NCBI GenBank assembly: GCA_020073365.1
Contig: JAIQFL010000010.1
Span: 145-64,144, forward strand
Length of the DNA stretch: 64,000 nucleotides
Direction: 5' to 3'
Source of the DNA: Terriglobia bacterium
GTDB taxonomy: Bacteria > Acidobacteriota > Terriglobia > Bryobacterales > Bryobacteraceae
The notes under the pieces are model-generated. The model was given only the letters and a program-made list of their open reading frames with translations, did not search any database and had not been told where the DNA came from. Position numbers and translations under genes: made by a program. Positions within the stretch are counted from its first letter, which is position 1; every line of letters begins with the position of its first letter. Positions 1 through 9,163 of this stretch are shown here, piece after piece.

Positions 1-94
1 ATTTCAGGATCATCCTTGGATTGGAAAATGCTTTGGGCAGTCCAACTTGACCGGGGGCCGATGCGTCGGGTGGCTTGGCCTAGCAAATGAGGTT

Positions 95-118
95 GGCAGG
101 CGAAAGCGCCTGCCCCAC
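95..118 (-). repeat. GTGG-headed hairpin repeat (family C): GTGG-GGCAGGCG-CTTT-CGCCTGCC
   Basis: Read on minus strand, 20 nt downstream of the stop of the 139..888 gene. A near-identical hairpin occurs at 9144-9163. Confidence 0.6.
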
Positions 119-138
119 AAAACGCATAAACATTGGGG

Positions 139-888
139 TCATTTGGGGGCATCGGCGTAACAATCCTTGGGAAAGCAGACGGGACAGCGCTTCCATTTCA
201 GAGGCTCGATGGGGTCAAAGGGGCAGCGGCTCCCGGGGATGTGGAAGGGGAGCGGGTTTTGGCCCGCCTTTTGGGGGGCAGGACGGGGTGGCGTGGAAGT
301 TGACGGAACGAACTGGGGGGAAGGACTAAGGGGCTTGGTTTCAGGTGGTTGAGGGGATTCGGCCGGAGGAGGTTCGGGGTTGAGGACGGGGCTCTCGGAG
401 GAGATTTCGGGGGCGGGAGGGGGCTCGAGGTCGAGGGGAAGGGTCTGGAGGCGTTCCAGTTCGTGGAGGGCGTCGCGATAGTTGCGCTGGGTGGAATTGA
501 CCAGGCGCTGGAGGCGGGTGAGGGTGCGGTCGCAGATACGGAAGGTGTGACCGAGGGGGGCGTTGGGGTCGAGGTGGATGGCGTGACCCATCTCGTAAGT
601 CCATACCTGGGCGTCGGCGACGGCGAGACGGCGGAGGGTCCAGGTGGAGCGGACCAGGATATCGACCTGGTCGCGCTCGGCGGGAAGAGTGGGGTGGTAG
701 CGCTGGAAGTATTCTTCGGTGAGGGTGGCGAGATGGGCGGGATCTTCGCCGGGAATGATGAGGGAGTTGGCATAGATGCCGGTTTTCAAGGCATTCATGC
801 TGGAACGGGCCTTGCCGGCAGCGGAGCGCGGGCCCGTGGAGCGGTTGGGATGGGCACGTTCGGCGCCGGGTTGCTGGGGTTTCATCAT
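139..888 (-). CDS. hypothetical protein (helical N-terminal region, proline-rich C-terminal tail)
   Basis: ORF 139..984 trimmed to the ATG-ATG pair at 883-888, with GAAAGG 7-8 nt upstream. Helical region NALKTGIYANSLIIPGEDPAHL..., then PPPAPE/PPPAESPQPPETKP tail. No family recognised. Confidence 0.5.
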   Translation of the reverse strand: MMKPQQPGAERAHPNRSTGPRSAAGKARSSMNALKTGIYANSLIIPGEDPAHLATLTEEYFQRYHPTLPAERDQVDILVRSTWTLRRLAVADAQVWTYEMGHAIHLDPNAPLGHTFRICDRTLTRLQRLVNSTQRNYRDALHELERLQTLPLDLEPPPAPEISSESPVLNPEPPPAESPQPPETKPLSPSPQFVPSTSTPPRPAPQKAGQNPLPFHIPGSRCPFDPIEPLKWKRCPVCFPKDCYADAPK

Positions 889-1215
889 TATGAGCCTTTC
901 TAAATAGAAAAGGCCGGGCTCCCCGGACGATGTCCGTCGGGGGAGGGCCGGCTTTTGGCGGTTTCGATTTCTAACTGACTTCATGGTGGCACACGAGGAA
1001 GGGGCAAGGACTATTTGAGGGCCGTAAAATCTTGAAAAGAGGGGGACGAATTATTTCCTGAGCCTGTCACCGGTAGGCGGGCAACTGTCCAGTGGCGTCC
1101 GTTCACTGAACAGCTTGAATGCGAAAAGGGTCGTCCGCGGCACGGAGAGAGTTTCCCGAACGGGCGTTCTGGGGCTTTCGCTGTTGCGAAGGGATTTGGC
1201 GACGGGAGTGGGAAG

Positions 1216-1431
1216 TCAACAGTCCGGGTTGGGGTACCAGATTAGCTGCTTCCGGACCGTTTCGATATCGTTGAGGATTTTGAGTACAACTTGACGCCAC
1301 GTTTGCGGCGCGAGGTACGCCAGAAAATCTTCGAGCATTTGGACCAGATCGGGGCTGCCTGGCGGGAGCGTTTCGGAGGAGATCGTGCAGAGTAAGACGA
1401 AACCGGTTTTGGCAAAGGCAATCGAGACCAC
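1216..1431 (-). pseudogene. possible C-terminal remnant of an IS630/Tc1-type DDE transposase
   Basis: 71-aa ORF in a lower-GC patch. SETLPPGSPDLVQMLEDFLAYL resembles the LPPYSPDLNPIE...LK end of IS630-family transposases. I found no upstream catalytic region in any frame. Confidence 0.2.
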
Positions 1432-1667
1432 GCCCGACGCGAAGGGAATCGAGATCCGCTCGGATGGCGGGTGGTCCTGGGGTGGCAGCGGAGGTTCCTA
1501 TACCGTAGTCGGTGGGCGGGTAATCTTTTCGGGCCCGCAGGTGGGCCTTTGGGGACCTGCGGATATCGGCAACGGCACTCTCACATTCCAAAGCCAATAC
1601 GGGCCGTCAGAGTGGGCCTGTCCCGGCAGTCACACGCCGGTTCACCTATGGCAAACTGGATCAAGGA

Positions 1668-3452
1668 GTGCGCAGCCCCAATCGAGTGAACACCGCAGAT
1701 CGAGATCTCGCTACCGACGCGCCAATTCTCATCCCGGCGTACCAACCGGGTGAGCCGCTCACATCCCTGGTCGATGCTCTGCTCGGCCTGGGAGTGCGAG
1801 CCATCATCGTGGTTAACGACGGCAGTGGGCCGGAGTCCGCGGAGCATCTGGAGAGGATTGCCCGCCTGGACGGCGTGCATCTGATCCATCACGCGGTGAA
1901 TCTCGGCAAAGGCGCCGCCCTCAAGACCGGTATGAACTATGCCCTGGTTCGATTCCCCGGCTGTTGCGGTGTGGTAACGGCTGACGCGGATGGCCAGCAC
2001 CAAGCCGAGGACATCGTTCGTGTCGCTCAAAGACTGCGGGAGAATCCCGAGGCCCTCATCATGGGAGTGCGCGCCTTCGACAGCCAGGTACCCTGGAAGA
2101 GTTGGGTTGGCAACCGTGCGACGTGCGTGCTCATGCGTCTGATGGTAGGGCAGAAGCTCTCCGATACCCAGACCGGCTTGCGCGGCATACCAAGCACGCT
2201 GATTCCTCACCTGCTGCGAGTGACATCCACGGGTTACGAATTCGAGCTGGATATGCTGATCGCGTGCAAGCATCAGGGCTATGCGATCTGGCAGGAGCCG
2301 ATCCGCACGATTTACCTGGAGGGCAATCGGCATTCTCATTTTCACCCGATCCTCGACTCGATGCGGATCTATGTTCTGCTGCTCCGCTTCAGCATTCTCT
2401 CCCTCCTTACCGCGGTAATCGACAACGTCACGTTTGCCCTGGCCCTGGGCGGCACCGGAAGCATCGGACAATCGCAGGCCTTGGCCCGGCTGGTAGCGAT
2501 GATCTTCAACTATGTGGGGGCGCGCCGGCTGGTGTTTCATTCGCGCCAGCGGCAGGTGGTGGTGCTCCCGAAGTACGTCCTGCTGGTGGTCTGTAACGGA
2601 TTTCTGTCGTATGCGCTCATCCGGTTGCTTCATGACCGCCTGGGTCTCCGCACCATCGCGGCCAAACTGATCGCGGAGGGGTTCCTTTTTATCGCGAACT
2701 TCGCCATCCAGCGAGACTTTGTGTTTACGCGGCGCGACGCCACCCCGGCCGCCACGGATTGGGATAGTTACTACACCAGCGTTCCGCCTACTGCCAGGCT
2801 TACTCGGCGCTATACCACCGCCCGGTTGTTGGATGCGATCCAGCGTTACGTGGAGCCGGCCTCGCCAACCGGGCGCCTTTCCATTGTGGAGATCGGCGGC
2901 GCCAACAGTTGCTTCGTGGATCGCATCCTCGCTAAGGTCCCTTGTGATTCTTACGACGTGGTAGATACCAATCAATACGGGCTTTCCCTGCTGGCGCAGC
3001 GCGCTGGCCCGACCGGAGTGGTGCGATTGCACCAGCAAAGCGTGCTGGCACTGTCACTCCATGCGTCCGCCGACCTGGTGTTCAGCGTCGGCCTGGTAGA
3101 GCACTTCGACCGCGAGAGGACGCGCGCGGCTATCCTGGCGCATTTCCAGGCATTGCGGCCAGGCGGTATCGCGATCATCACCTTCCCCAGACCCACGCTG
3201 CTGTATCGAGCCACCAGGCGGCTTATCGAGGCGGCCGGGATGTGGAAGTTCTTCGATGAGCGGCCTCTGGATCCAAGCGAAGTGATTGCCGCCGTGCAGG
3301 AATCGGGCGACGTGCTATACGAGAAACTCATGTGGCCGCTGATTCTGACCCAGCATCTGATCGTGGCCAGGAAGCGGATCGACCTGGACCAGAGCCTGCG
3401 CGAGCGGGGCGCTTCCGCTGTGCCGTTGCTGCTTTCGGAAAGGAAGTTATGA
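1668..3452 (+). CDS. GT2 glycosyltransferase - GtrA-like membrane domain - SAM-dependent methyltransferase fusion protein
   Basis: 594-aa ORF. GT2 signatures: ILIPAYQPGE, VVNDGSGPES, TADADGQH, SDTQTGLRGIP. Hydrophobic GtrA-like segment ending FAIQRDFVF. Class I MTase motifs: IVEIGGANS, LVFSVGLVEHF, LRPGGIAIITFP. Start (GTG 1668) is uncertain. Confidence 0.85.
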   Translation: MRSPNRVNTADRDLATDAPILIPAYQPGEPLTSLVDALLGLGVRAIIVVNDGSGPESAEHLERIARLDGVHLIHHAVNLGKGAALKTGMNYALVRFPGCCGVVTADADGQHQAEDIVRVAQRLRENPEALIMGVRAFDSQVPWKSWVGNRATCVLMRLMVGQKLSDTQTGLRGIPSTLIPHLLRVTSTGYEFELDMLIACKHQGYAIWQEPIRTIYLEGNRHSHFHPILDSMRIYVLLLRFSILSLLTAVIDNVTFALALGGTGSIGQSQALARLVAMIFNYVGARRLVFHSRQRQVVVLPKYVLLVVCNGFLSYALIRLLHDRLGLRTIAAKLIAEGFLFIANFAIQRDFVFTRRDATPAATDWDSYYTSVPPTARLTRRYTTARLLDAIQRYVEPASPTGRLSIVEIGGANSCFVDRILAKVPCDSYDVVDTNQYGLSLLAQRAGPTGVVRLHQQSVLALSLHASADLVFSVGLVEHFDRERTRAAILAHFQALRPGGIAIITFPRPTLLYRATRRLIEAAGMWKFFDERPLDPSEVIAAVQESGDVLYEKLMWPLILTQHLIVARKRIDLDQSLRERGASAVPLLLSERKL

Positions 3453-4576
3453 AAGCGCGGAGTTTACTGACATTCGTTTGCAGGCCGGTCATTGGCCTGT
3501 CGTTCATCTGCTTGGGCGCCGCTAATATTCAGGCGGCGAACACGCCTGCCAGCGCTTTGCTGGTTCTCGAGAAAGAGCAGAACACGCTGGTCATCGTCGA
3601 TCCGGCGAGCCTGACGATCGTGGCGCGCGTGCCCGTCGGAAACAATCCACACGAAGTCGCCGTATCGGATGATGGGCGGACCGCATACATTTCGAATTAT
3701 GGCGGCGGAGGTGGTGGCGGTGCAACCATCGCCGTGGTCGACCTGATCGCCCAAAAGCCATTGGCCCCTATCGATCTGGGCGCGTTGCGCGCGCCTCATG
3801 GGCTGGAGTTTGCCGGCGGTAAGTTGTATTTCACCGCCGAAGGAGCCAAGGTGGTTGGCCGTTACGATCCCGCCACTCAGAAGATTGACTGGGTCGTGGG
3901 CACGGGCCAGAACCGCACCCATATGGTGGTAGCTTCGAAAGACCTCAAGACCATCTTCACGTCCAACGTCAGTTCTGCGACCGTCAGCGTCATCGAGCAG
4001 GGCGCTGCACAGGGGCCCGGACCGGGACGGGGCCCGGGTGGTCCAGGCGGCCCTGGGGCTCCTGGCGGCCGAGGGGCTCCTGACGGACGCGGCAGGGGCG
4101 GCCCTCCGCCGGGTGGAGGCGGTGCGCCGGACTGGAACGTCACCAATATCCCGGTGGGCCGTGGATCCGAGGGCTTCGACCTGTCGCCCGACGGTAAGGA
4201 ACTATGGGTAGCGAACGCGCAGGACAGTACCATCTCCATCATCGATGTGGCCGGCAAGAAGGTCGTCCAGACGCTCCCGTCCACCAGATCCGCCAACCGC
4301 CTGAAGATCACGCCGGACGGCAAGTACGTTTTCGTGTCGGATTTGAGCGGCACCGAATTGCTGGTGATCGACGCTGCCGCTCGCAAGGAGCACAAGAGAA
4401 TCACGCTGCCGGCCAGCTCGGAGGGCCTTCTGATGGCGCCCGACGGCTCGCATGCCTACACTACCCTGAACTCGCGCGATGCGGTTGCCGTGATCGATCT
4501 GAAGACCATGACGGTAACCGGCGAGGTCAAGACCGGCAGGGGGCCGGATGGGCTGGCGTGGGCCGCGCGGAAGTAA
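3449..4576 (+). CDS. secreted YVTN-type beta-propeller repeat protein with Gly/Pro-rich insert
   Basis: Signal peptide MKARSLLTFVCRPVIGLSFICLGAANIQA. Repeated blades: NPHEVAVSDDGRTAYISN, GSEGFDLSPDGKELWVAN, ANRLKITPDGKYVFVSD, SSEGLLMAPDGSHAYTT. ATGA start/stop overlap with the upstream gene (3449-3452) and a GGAAAGGAAG RBS. Confidence 0.8.
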   Translation: MKARSLLTFVCRPVIGLSFICLGAANIQAANTPASALLVLEKEQNTLVIVDPASLTIVARVPVGNNPHEVAVSDDGRTAYISNYGGGGGGGATIAVVDLIAQKPLAPIDLGALRAPHGLEFAGGKLYFTAEGAKVVGRYDPATQKIDWVVGTGQNRTHMVVASKDLKTIFTSNVSSATVSVIEQGAAQGPGPGRGPGGPGGPGAPGGRGAPDGRGRGGPPPGGGGAPDWNVTNIPVGRGSEGFDLSPDGKELWVANAQDSTISIIDVAGKKVVQTLPSTRSANRLKITPDGKYVFVSDLSGTELLVIDAAARKEHKRITLPASSEGLLMAPDGSHAYTTLNSRDAVAVIDLKTMTVTGEVKTGRGPDGLAWAARK

Positions 4577-4585
4577 GCAAGGCTT

Positions 4586-4622
4586 GGCACAGACAGGTCA
4601 AACGGCCTTGTCCCACCTGTCC
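4586..4622 (-). repeat. GTGG-headed hairpin repeat (family A2): GGTGGGACAAGGCC-GTTT-GACCTGTC
   Basis: On the minus strand it begins 13 nt after the stop (4630-4632) of the GT-C fusion gene. It lies between convergent genes and may act as a bidirectional terminator. Same GTGGGACAG head as 13786, 41007 and 12638. Confidence 0.6.
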
Positions 4623-4629
4623 AATTGGC

Positions 4630-7600
4630 TTACTCCACTACAAATGAGTCTAAGTCGATAAACCGGCCAGTAGACTTCGGATGACTCCGCCCAGTAACTC
4701 CGATCACAACAAAGTGCCGCCCGGGACCGAAACAACAGAACCTTTGCCGCGCCTGCCATCGAATCTCCGGCGAATACAGATCGACAGTGCTCGGGTCCTT
4801 CTCATCAATCGTGACAGTGGCCACTCCGCGATTGGGTGCTTTGGTGAACACGTATGTCAGGGCCGTTCCCCGGAACGCAAAGGATATCCCGGCCCCGGCT
4901 ACGTCGTTATAGCTGATGGTGTGGCCGTAGGCACCCTCGAAGCTTTTGTCGTGCGCCCAGTTGCCATGAAAGATGATGGATGGATCGAAATCGTCATAGA
5001 CGCCAGCCTGGACCACCACCTGGTTGGCCGGGTCCACCTCGTCGTGCGAGGCCGCGGGCACTACCGCCGATGGCGGACCGCAATCCGGCTCCAGCCTGGC
5101 TAAGGTGAATCCGCCGGATACGTACTCCGGCACCGTGCACGCTTTCAGCAGTGCATCGAGCGCGGGAGGCACAGTTTCGTCGCCGGGCGGCAGCGCTTCC
5201 GCAATGAAATACCCCACCTTCCAGCGCTCGATCAGCCGGAACATATCGAGCGGCGTGGTGGCCGCGCGAAGCTGTTCCACAATCGAGTACTGGTGCCAGT
5301 TGTTCAGGAAGACGTCGCCCGTAAGACCCGCAATCGAGGTGGAACTGGTAAGTAGAACGGCGGAGTTCGGATGGTTGCGATTGTAATAGTCAATGACTTT
5401 ACGGACTGGGGCTGCCTCTTCCAGGTAACGCTCTCTTTCCGTTCGGGAGAAAGGTAGCCGTAAGCAAAAGTCCTTATGATAGTAGTTTGAGGAGGGAAGA
5501 AAGTAAGTGTTTAATGCTGTGGTGACGAAGATATAGACGAGCAGGACGCGGTACATCCAGCGCTGGTTGGACATCATCCAGCCGAGTAATCCGGCAAATG
5601 CCACCAACAACAGGGGCATCGATGTGTAGAGATACCGGACGTTGGCCGTAGATTGCATGATGAGCACGCCTGCGCCCAGCGCCAGCACCGCGGCGCTCCG
5701 GGCCGGACTGCGCCTCGTCACCAATATCGCGAGAAGAGCCAGCGGCGCGACGATCAGGTATTGAAAGCCGAACGACCCGTTCTGTCCCTCGTACGCTTGA
5801 GTGGTGTGAAATGTCAGAGTGTAGAGGGTACTCCAGCTTACCGGTAGCCGGAAGCGGGCGTCCGCAATCAATACCGACGGATTCAAAAGGGGAGAATGAA
5901 TTTTGGGGTTTAGGAAAGGAAAGATCGGGTTTCCGGTCTTCTCGTAGGCGATCGCGTACGTAGGCAAGGCCGTCGCCAACAGCAGTAGAAGTGCCAGGCC
6001 GCATACCGCCGCCGGCCGCGGGCCGAGCGACTTCCAATGGCGGGCTATCTCTCGAATCGCGAACGGCAGCGCCAGGGCAATGAAGACCAGCGCCCCGTAC
6101 TTGGTTGCCATGGCGGTTCCACCGGCCGCCGCGGCAAGGTACAGGAACCTCTTGTCGCCGGTCTCCCCGAAGTGCCAGAGGGCGGTCATCAGGCCGAGCA
6201 CCAGGGCCACCAGGAAGTTCTCCACAAAGAGCGATCCGGCAACAAACTGGACCACCGGCGTCGCCGCAAGCGATGCGGCGAGTAAAAAACCGGCTGCCGG
6301 AGTCACCCAGCGGCGCGTGGCGCGGTACAACAGCGCAACAATCGCGAGTAACATCGCGTAGTTCAAGATCCGGGGCGCATATTCGCCGCCCAGAAGATAG
6401 ACGACGGTATACAGCCAGTCCGCGCCCATGGGCATCACCGACCAGAGATAACGGCTTGGCTGAAAGGTCATGTGATGGTTCGCGGCTATGTTCATGGGGA
6501 TCGCCAGGTGCATGGCGAGCCCGTCTCCGCCGATTTCCGGCAGCAGGGCCACAAACCAGTGCGCTACCAGGATGAATACCAGGAATGCGAAGGAAATGCG
6601 TTCCCAGGGCGAGCGTAGTTCAACCGAGCATATCCGCGATGCCCAATAAGTGAGGCGCCGCCAAACACCGCGGAGGTCGGCGGCCACGGGTATTGCGAGT
6701 AAGATGCCCCAGACCCAAGGGTAATTCACAGGCATCCGGGCCATGAACGTCATCAGGAAGACATACACGCCGGTTCCGAGAAGCGTGGCGCAAAGGTGAG
6801 TCGTCGCGCTGTCCGTCTTAGTCCGGCCCAACAATCTTGACCCCAGCGCGCAGGACGAGACCAGAAAGAAGGCCGCTGCCAGCAACGGCAGCGGGCCCAC
6901 GGAAACGGCCGTCAGCACTATCAGAAGCGCTGAAATGAACGCTGCGAATGTCCATGGAACCACCAGGAGGAGGGGTACGGCAAGCGCCAGGTATTCAGCG
7001 CCATATCGCGTGAAGCGTTTGAGCCCGATCGGGTACCAGATGTCCGGGGTGAACAGATGGTTGGTCTGGAAGCCGTAGATTTCGACCCCCAGCAGCACCG
7101 CGAATACCACTGCGAATAGAGCCGAAAGAGTGAGGGCTCGGGAGATATCCGGCCGCACGGCTGTCCCGGACCCTAATCGCAAATGGTCAAGGTTAAAGCC
7201 TGAAGGCTTGGGGACCACGTCGATAGTCTGGCTTGGCAATTCCCTCACCGGAATGGAGAGACGTTGCGCGGCAGCGAATATCTCGTGCTCGAACTCGTTA
7301 CCCGCGGCTTCCCTCCGCAGGAGCGGCGCCAGCAGACTTGCGGGAATACCGAGTGGTCCGGTCTGGTTGTCCGTGAGTTGACATCCGAGAATCAGAGACC
7401 GGGGTTGCTCCCTCAGGGCGCCGGCAACTCGCAGAATATCTTCGGCGGCATCGGCAGTGGCATCGACAGCAACCAGGCCCACCACGTCGGGAATCGTGCA
7501 GAGCACGTAGTTGATGGCGGTCTTCAGGACGGCACTCTTGCCGAGCGGCAAGGCGTGGCGAAGCAATTGCACGTTGGGGAAGGCGGCCGCGCGGGCGAAC

Positions 7601-7749
7601 ACGTCCTGGTAGTCCGGTCCGCTTCCGTCATCCACGATGACGATCGCAATCCCAGCCTTTTCGGAGAGCGTTCGAACCAGATCGGCCAGATCGGCAGAGG
7701 GCCGGCAGGCAGCGATCAATACCGCGAGTTGACCGGGTTCACGACTCAT
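4630..7749 (-). CDS. degenerate GT2-like domain fused to a polytopic GT-C (ArnT/PMT-like) glycosyltransferase region and a C-terminal beta-sandwich (carbohydrate-binding-like) domain
   Basis: 1043-aa ORF. The N-terminus is paralogous to the GT2 domain of 1668..3452 (IVIVDDGSGPDY, LGKSAVLKTAINY). It is followed by a very long hydrophobic multi-helix region, then a soluble tail (VVQAGVYDDFDPSIIFHGNWAHD...FIDLDSFVVE). Start taken at ATG 7749; TTG 7761 is possible. Confidence 0.8.
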   Translation of the reverse strand: MSREPGQLAVLIAACRPSADLADLVRTLSEKAGIAIVIVDDGSGPDYQDVFARAAAFPNVQLLRHALPLGKSAVLKTAINYVLCTIPDVVGLVAVDATADAAEDILRVAGALREQPRSLILGCQLTDNQTGPLGIPASLLAPLLRREAAGNEFEHEIFAAAQRLSIPVRELPSQTIDVVPKPSGFNLDHLRLGSGTAVRPDISRALTLSALFAVVFAVLLGVEIYGFQTNHLFTPDIWYPIGLKRFTRYGAEYLALAVPLLLVVPWTFAAFISALLIVLTAVSVGPLPLLAAAFFLVSSCALGSRLLGRTKTDSATTHLCATLLGTGVYVFLMTFMARMPVNYPWVWGILLAIPVAADLRGVWRRLTYWASRICSVELRSPWERISFAFLVFILVAHWFVALLPEIGGDGLAMHLAIPMNIAANHHMTFQPSRYLWSVMPMGADWLYTVVYLLGGEYAPRILNYAMLLAIVALLYRATRRWVTPAAGFLLAASLAATPVVQFVAGSLFVENFLVALVLGLMTALWHFGETGDKRFLYLAAAAGGTAMATKYGALVFIALALPFAIREIARHWKSLGPRPAAVCGLALLLLLATALPTYAIAYEKTGNPIFPFLNPKIHSPLLNPSVLIADARFRLPVSWSTLYTLTFHTTQAYEGQNGSFGFQYLIVAPLALLAILVTRRSPARSAAVLALGAGVLIMQSTANVRYLYTSMPLLLVAFAGLLGWMMSNQRWMYRVLLVYIFVTTALNTYFLPSSNYYHKDFCLRLPFSRTERERYLEEAAPVRKVIDYYNRNHPNSAVLLTSSTSIAGLTGDVFLNNWHQYSIVEQLRAATTPLDMFRLIERWKVGYFIAEALPPGDETVPPALDALLKACTVPEYVSGGFTLARLEPDCGPPSAVVPAASHDEVDPANQVVVQAGVYDDFDPSIIFHGNWAHDKSFEGAYGHTISYNDVAGAGISFAFRGTALTYVFTKAPNRGVATVTIDEKDPSTVDLYSPEIRWQARQRFCCFGPGRHFVVIGVTGRSHPKSTGRFIDLDSFVVE

Positions 7750-7794
7750 GTCTGGTGTCAAGAGTCCGCCGCCGGCGCCCTGCCGGACGCGGGA

Positions 7795-9015
7795 CTACTT
7801 TACCTTCGCGAAGACCTTCGCCAGAGTCTTCACTGCCTGGTCGACCTCCTTTTCCGTCGCGATGTAAGGCGGGAGAAAGCGGAGCACCGTGTCGTGCGTG
7901 CAATTGATGAGCAGCCCCGCGGCCATGGCATCCAGCACGATCTGTTTCCCGGGAACGGTCAGCTCCATCCCCAGCATCAGGCCGAATCCGCGCACCTCTT
8001 TTACGAAGCCGTGCTTGCGGGCCAGTTCGTTCAGGGTCACATGAAAGTAGCCGCCCACCCGCTGAATGGCAGGCAGCAGCTCGTCCAGAATCTCCAGAAA
8101 CTCCAGGGCCACGCAGCACGCCAGGGCGCCTCCGCCGAAGGTAGTGCCGTGCATTCCCGGCTTGATGGCAGCCGCGGCCTTCTCGTTCGCCAGAATGAAA
8201 CCCAAGGGGATTCCGCACGCCACCGGCTTCGCCGCCACCACCACATCCGGCAGAATCACGGGGGAGGAGCGCTGGTAAGCAAAGTAAGTTCCGGGACGTC
8301 CCACCCCGCACTGCGTTTCGTCGGCCACCAGCAATGCGTTGAAGCGGTCCGCCAGTCGGCGTGCTTCGGCCACGTACTCATGCGTAAGGGGATTGATTCC
8401 ACCCTCGCCCTGGATCAGTTCCATCACCATGCCGGCGGTCCGCTCACTCATCGCGGCCTCCAGAGCCGGGATGTCGTTCGGCGGAACGAACCTCACGCCG
8501 GGAATCAGAGGTTCGAAATCCTGGCGGTACTTCGCCTGGCCGGTGATCGAAAGCGCCCCCAATGTGCGGCCGTGGAAGGAGTTTTCCAGCGAGATGATCT
8601 CGTATTTCTCAGGGTGGATGGCGCGGCCGTGCGAGTGAACCATCTTCAACGCGCCTTCAACCGCCTCGGCGCCGGTATTCGCGAAGAAGGCGCGCGCCAT
8701 ACCGCTCATATCCACCAGGCGCTTGGCCAGCGGGCCCTGATATTGGTGATAGTACAGGTTTGAGCAATGGATCAGGAGCGCGGACTGCTGGCGAATGACT
8801 TTGAGAATCCGCGGATGGCCGTGGCCCAGCGCATTGACGCCGATGCCGGCGAGGAAATCGAGGTAGCGGCCGCCGTCCAGATCGTACAAATAGCATCCCT
8901 TCCCGCGCGAGAGAACCAGCGGATAACGGGCGTAGGTCTGCAATAAATAATCCCGCTCCAGGTCCATCGTCGCCTGGGCAGCGGTTTCCATAAGGGGGGG
9001 AAGGGCGCTTGTCAT
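7795..9015 (-). CDS. argD: acetylornithine aminotransferase (class III PLP aminotransferase)
   Basis: 406 aa. Motifs: GRYLDFLAGIGVNALGHGHP, LLVADETQCGVGRPGTYFAYQ, DVVVAAKPVACGIPLG (PLP lysine region), HGTTFGG. Confidence 0.85.
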   Translation of the reverse strand: MTSALPPLMETAAQATMDLERDYLLQTYARYPLVLSRGKGCYLYDLDGGRYLDFLAGIGVNALGHGHPRILKVIRQQSALLIHCSNLYYHQYQGPLAKRLVDMSGMARAFFANTGAEAVEGALKMVHSHGRAIHPEKYEIISLENSFHGRTLGALSITGQAKYRQDFEPLIPGVRFVPPNDIPALEAAMSERTAGMVMELIQGEGGINPLTHEYVAEARRLADRFNALLVADETQCGVGRPGTYFAYQRSSPVILPDVVVAAKPVACGIPLGFILANEKAAAAIKPGMHGTTFGGGALACCVALEFLEILDELLPAIQRVGGYFHVTLNELARKHGFVKEVRGFGLMLGMELTVPGKQIVLDAMAAGLLINCTHDTVLRFLPPYIATEKEVDQAVKTLAKVFAKVK

Positions 9016-9125
9016 TCACTTATGATAGCCGATGGTGGGGCATGCTTGACCTTGGCTTTCCAGGAGGTAATGGCCGGCGGGGGAGTCCCTCAGGCTCAGA
9101 CTGAGGTCAGCGGCGGTGAAAGAAG

Positions 9126-9163
9126 CGCCCGCAAGCGGGCGTTGGCAGGCGGAAGCGCCTGCC
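9126..9163. repeat. two adjacent hairpins: CGCCCGC-AA-GCGGGCG and GGCAGGCG-GAAG-CGCCTGCC (family C)
   Basis: Located in the argD / DUF1549 divergent intergenic region. The second hairpin matches 95-114 except for one loop base. Confidence 0.6.

Noticed and set aside
1385-1753. 122-aa plus-strand ORF (Gly/Trp-rich, SDGGWSWGGSGGSYTVVGG...)
   Set aside because: It overlaps both the possible transposase remnant and the GT2 gene start. It has no RBS and no motif, and its codon bias is not clearly coding.
1581-3038. 485-aa ORF on the minus strand
   Set aside because: It is antisense to the well-supported GT2-GtrA-MTase gene. Its composition is Arg/Gly/His-rich and it has no motif. This is a typical high-GC shadow ORF.
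4010-4130. Gly/Pro tract considered as a collagen-like triple-helix repeat
   Set aside because: Glycine is not maintained at every third position, so it is not a Gly-X-Y repeat.
7264-8763. 499-aa ORF on the plus strand
   Set aside because: It is antisense to argD and the GT-C gene start. It is low-complexity and Arg/Gly-rich, with no domain signature.
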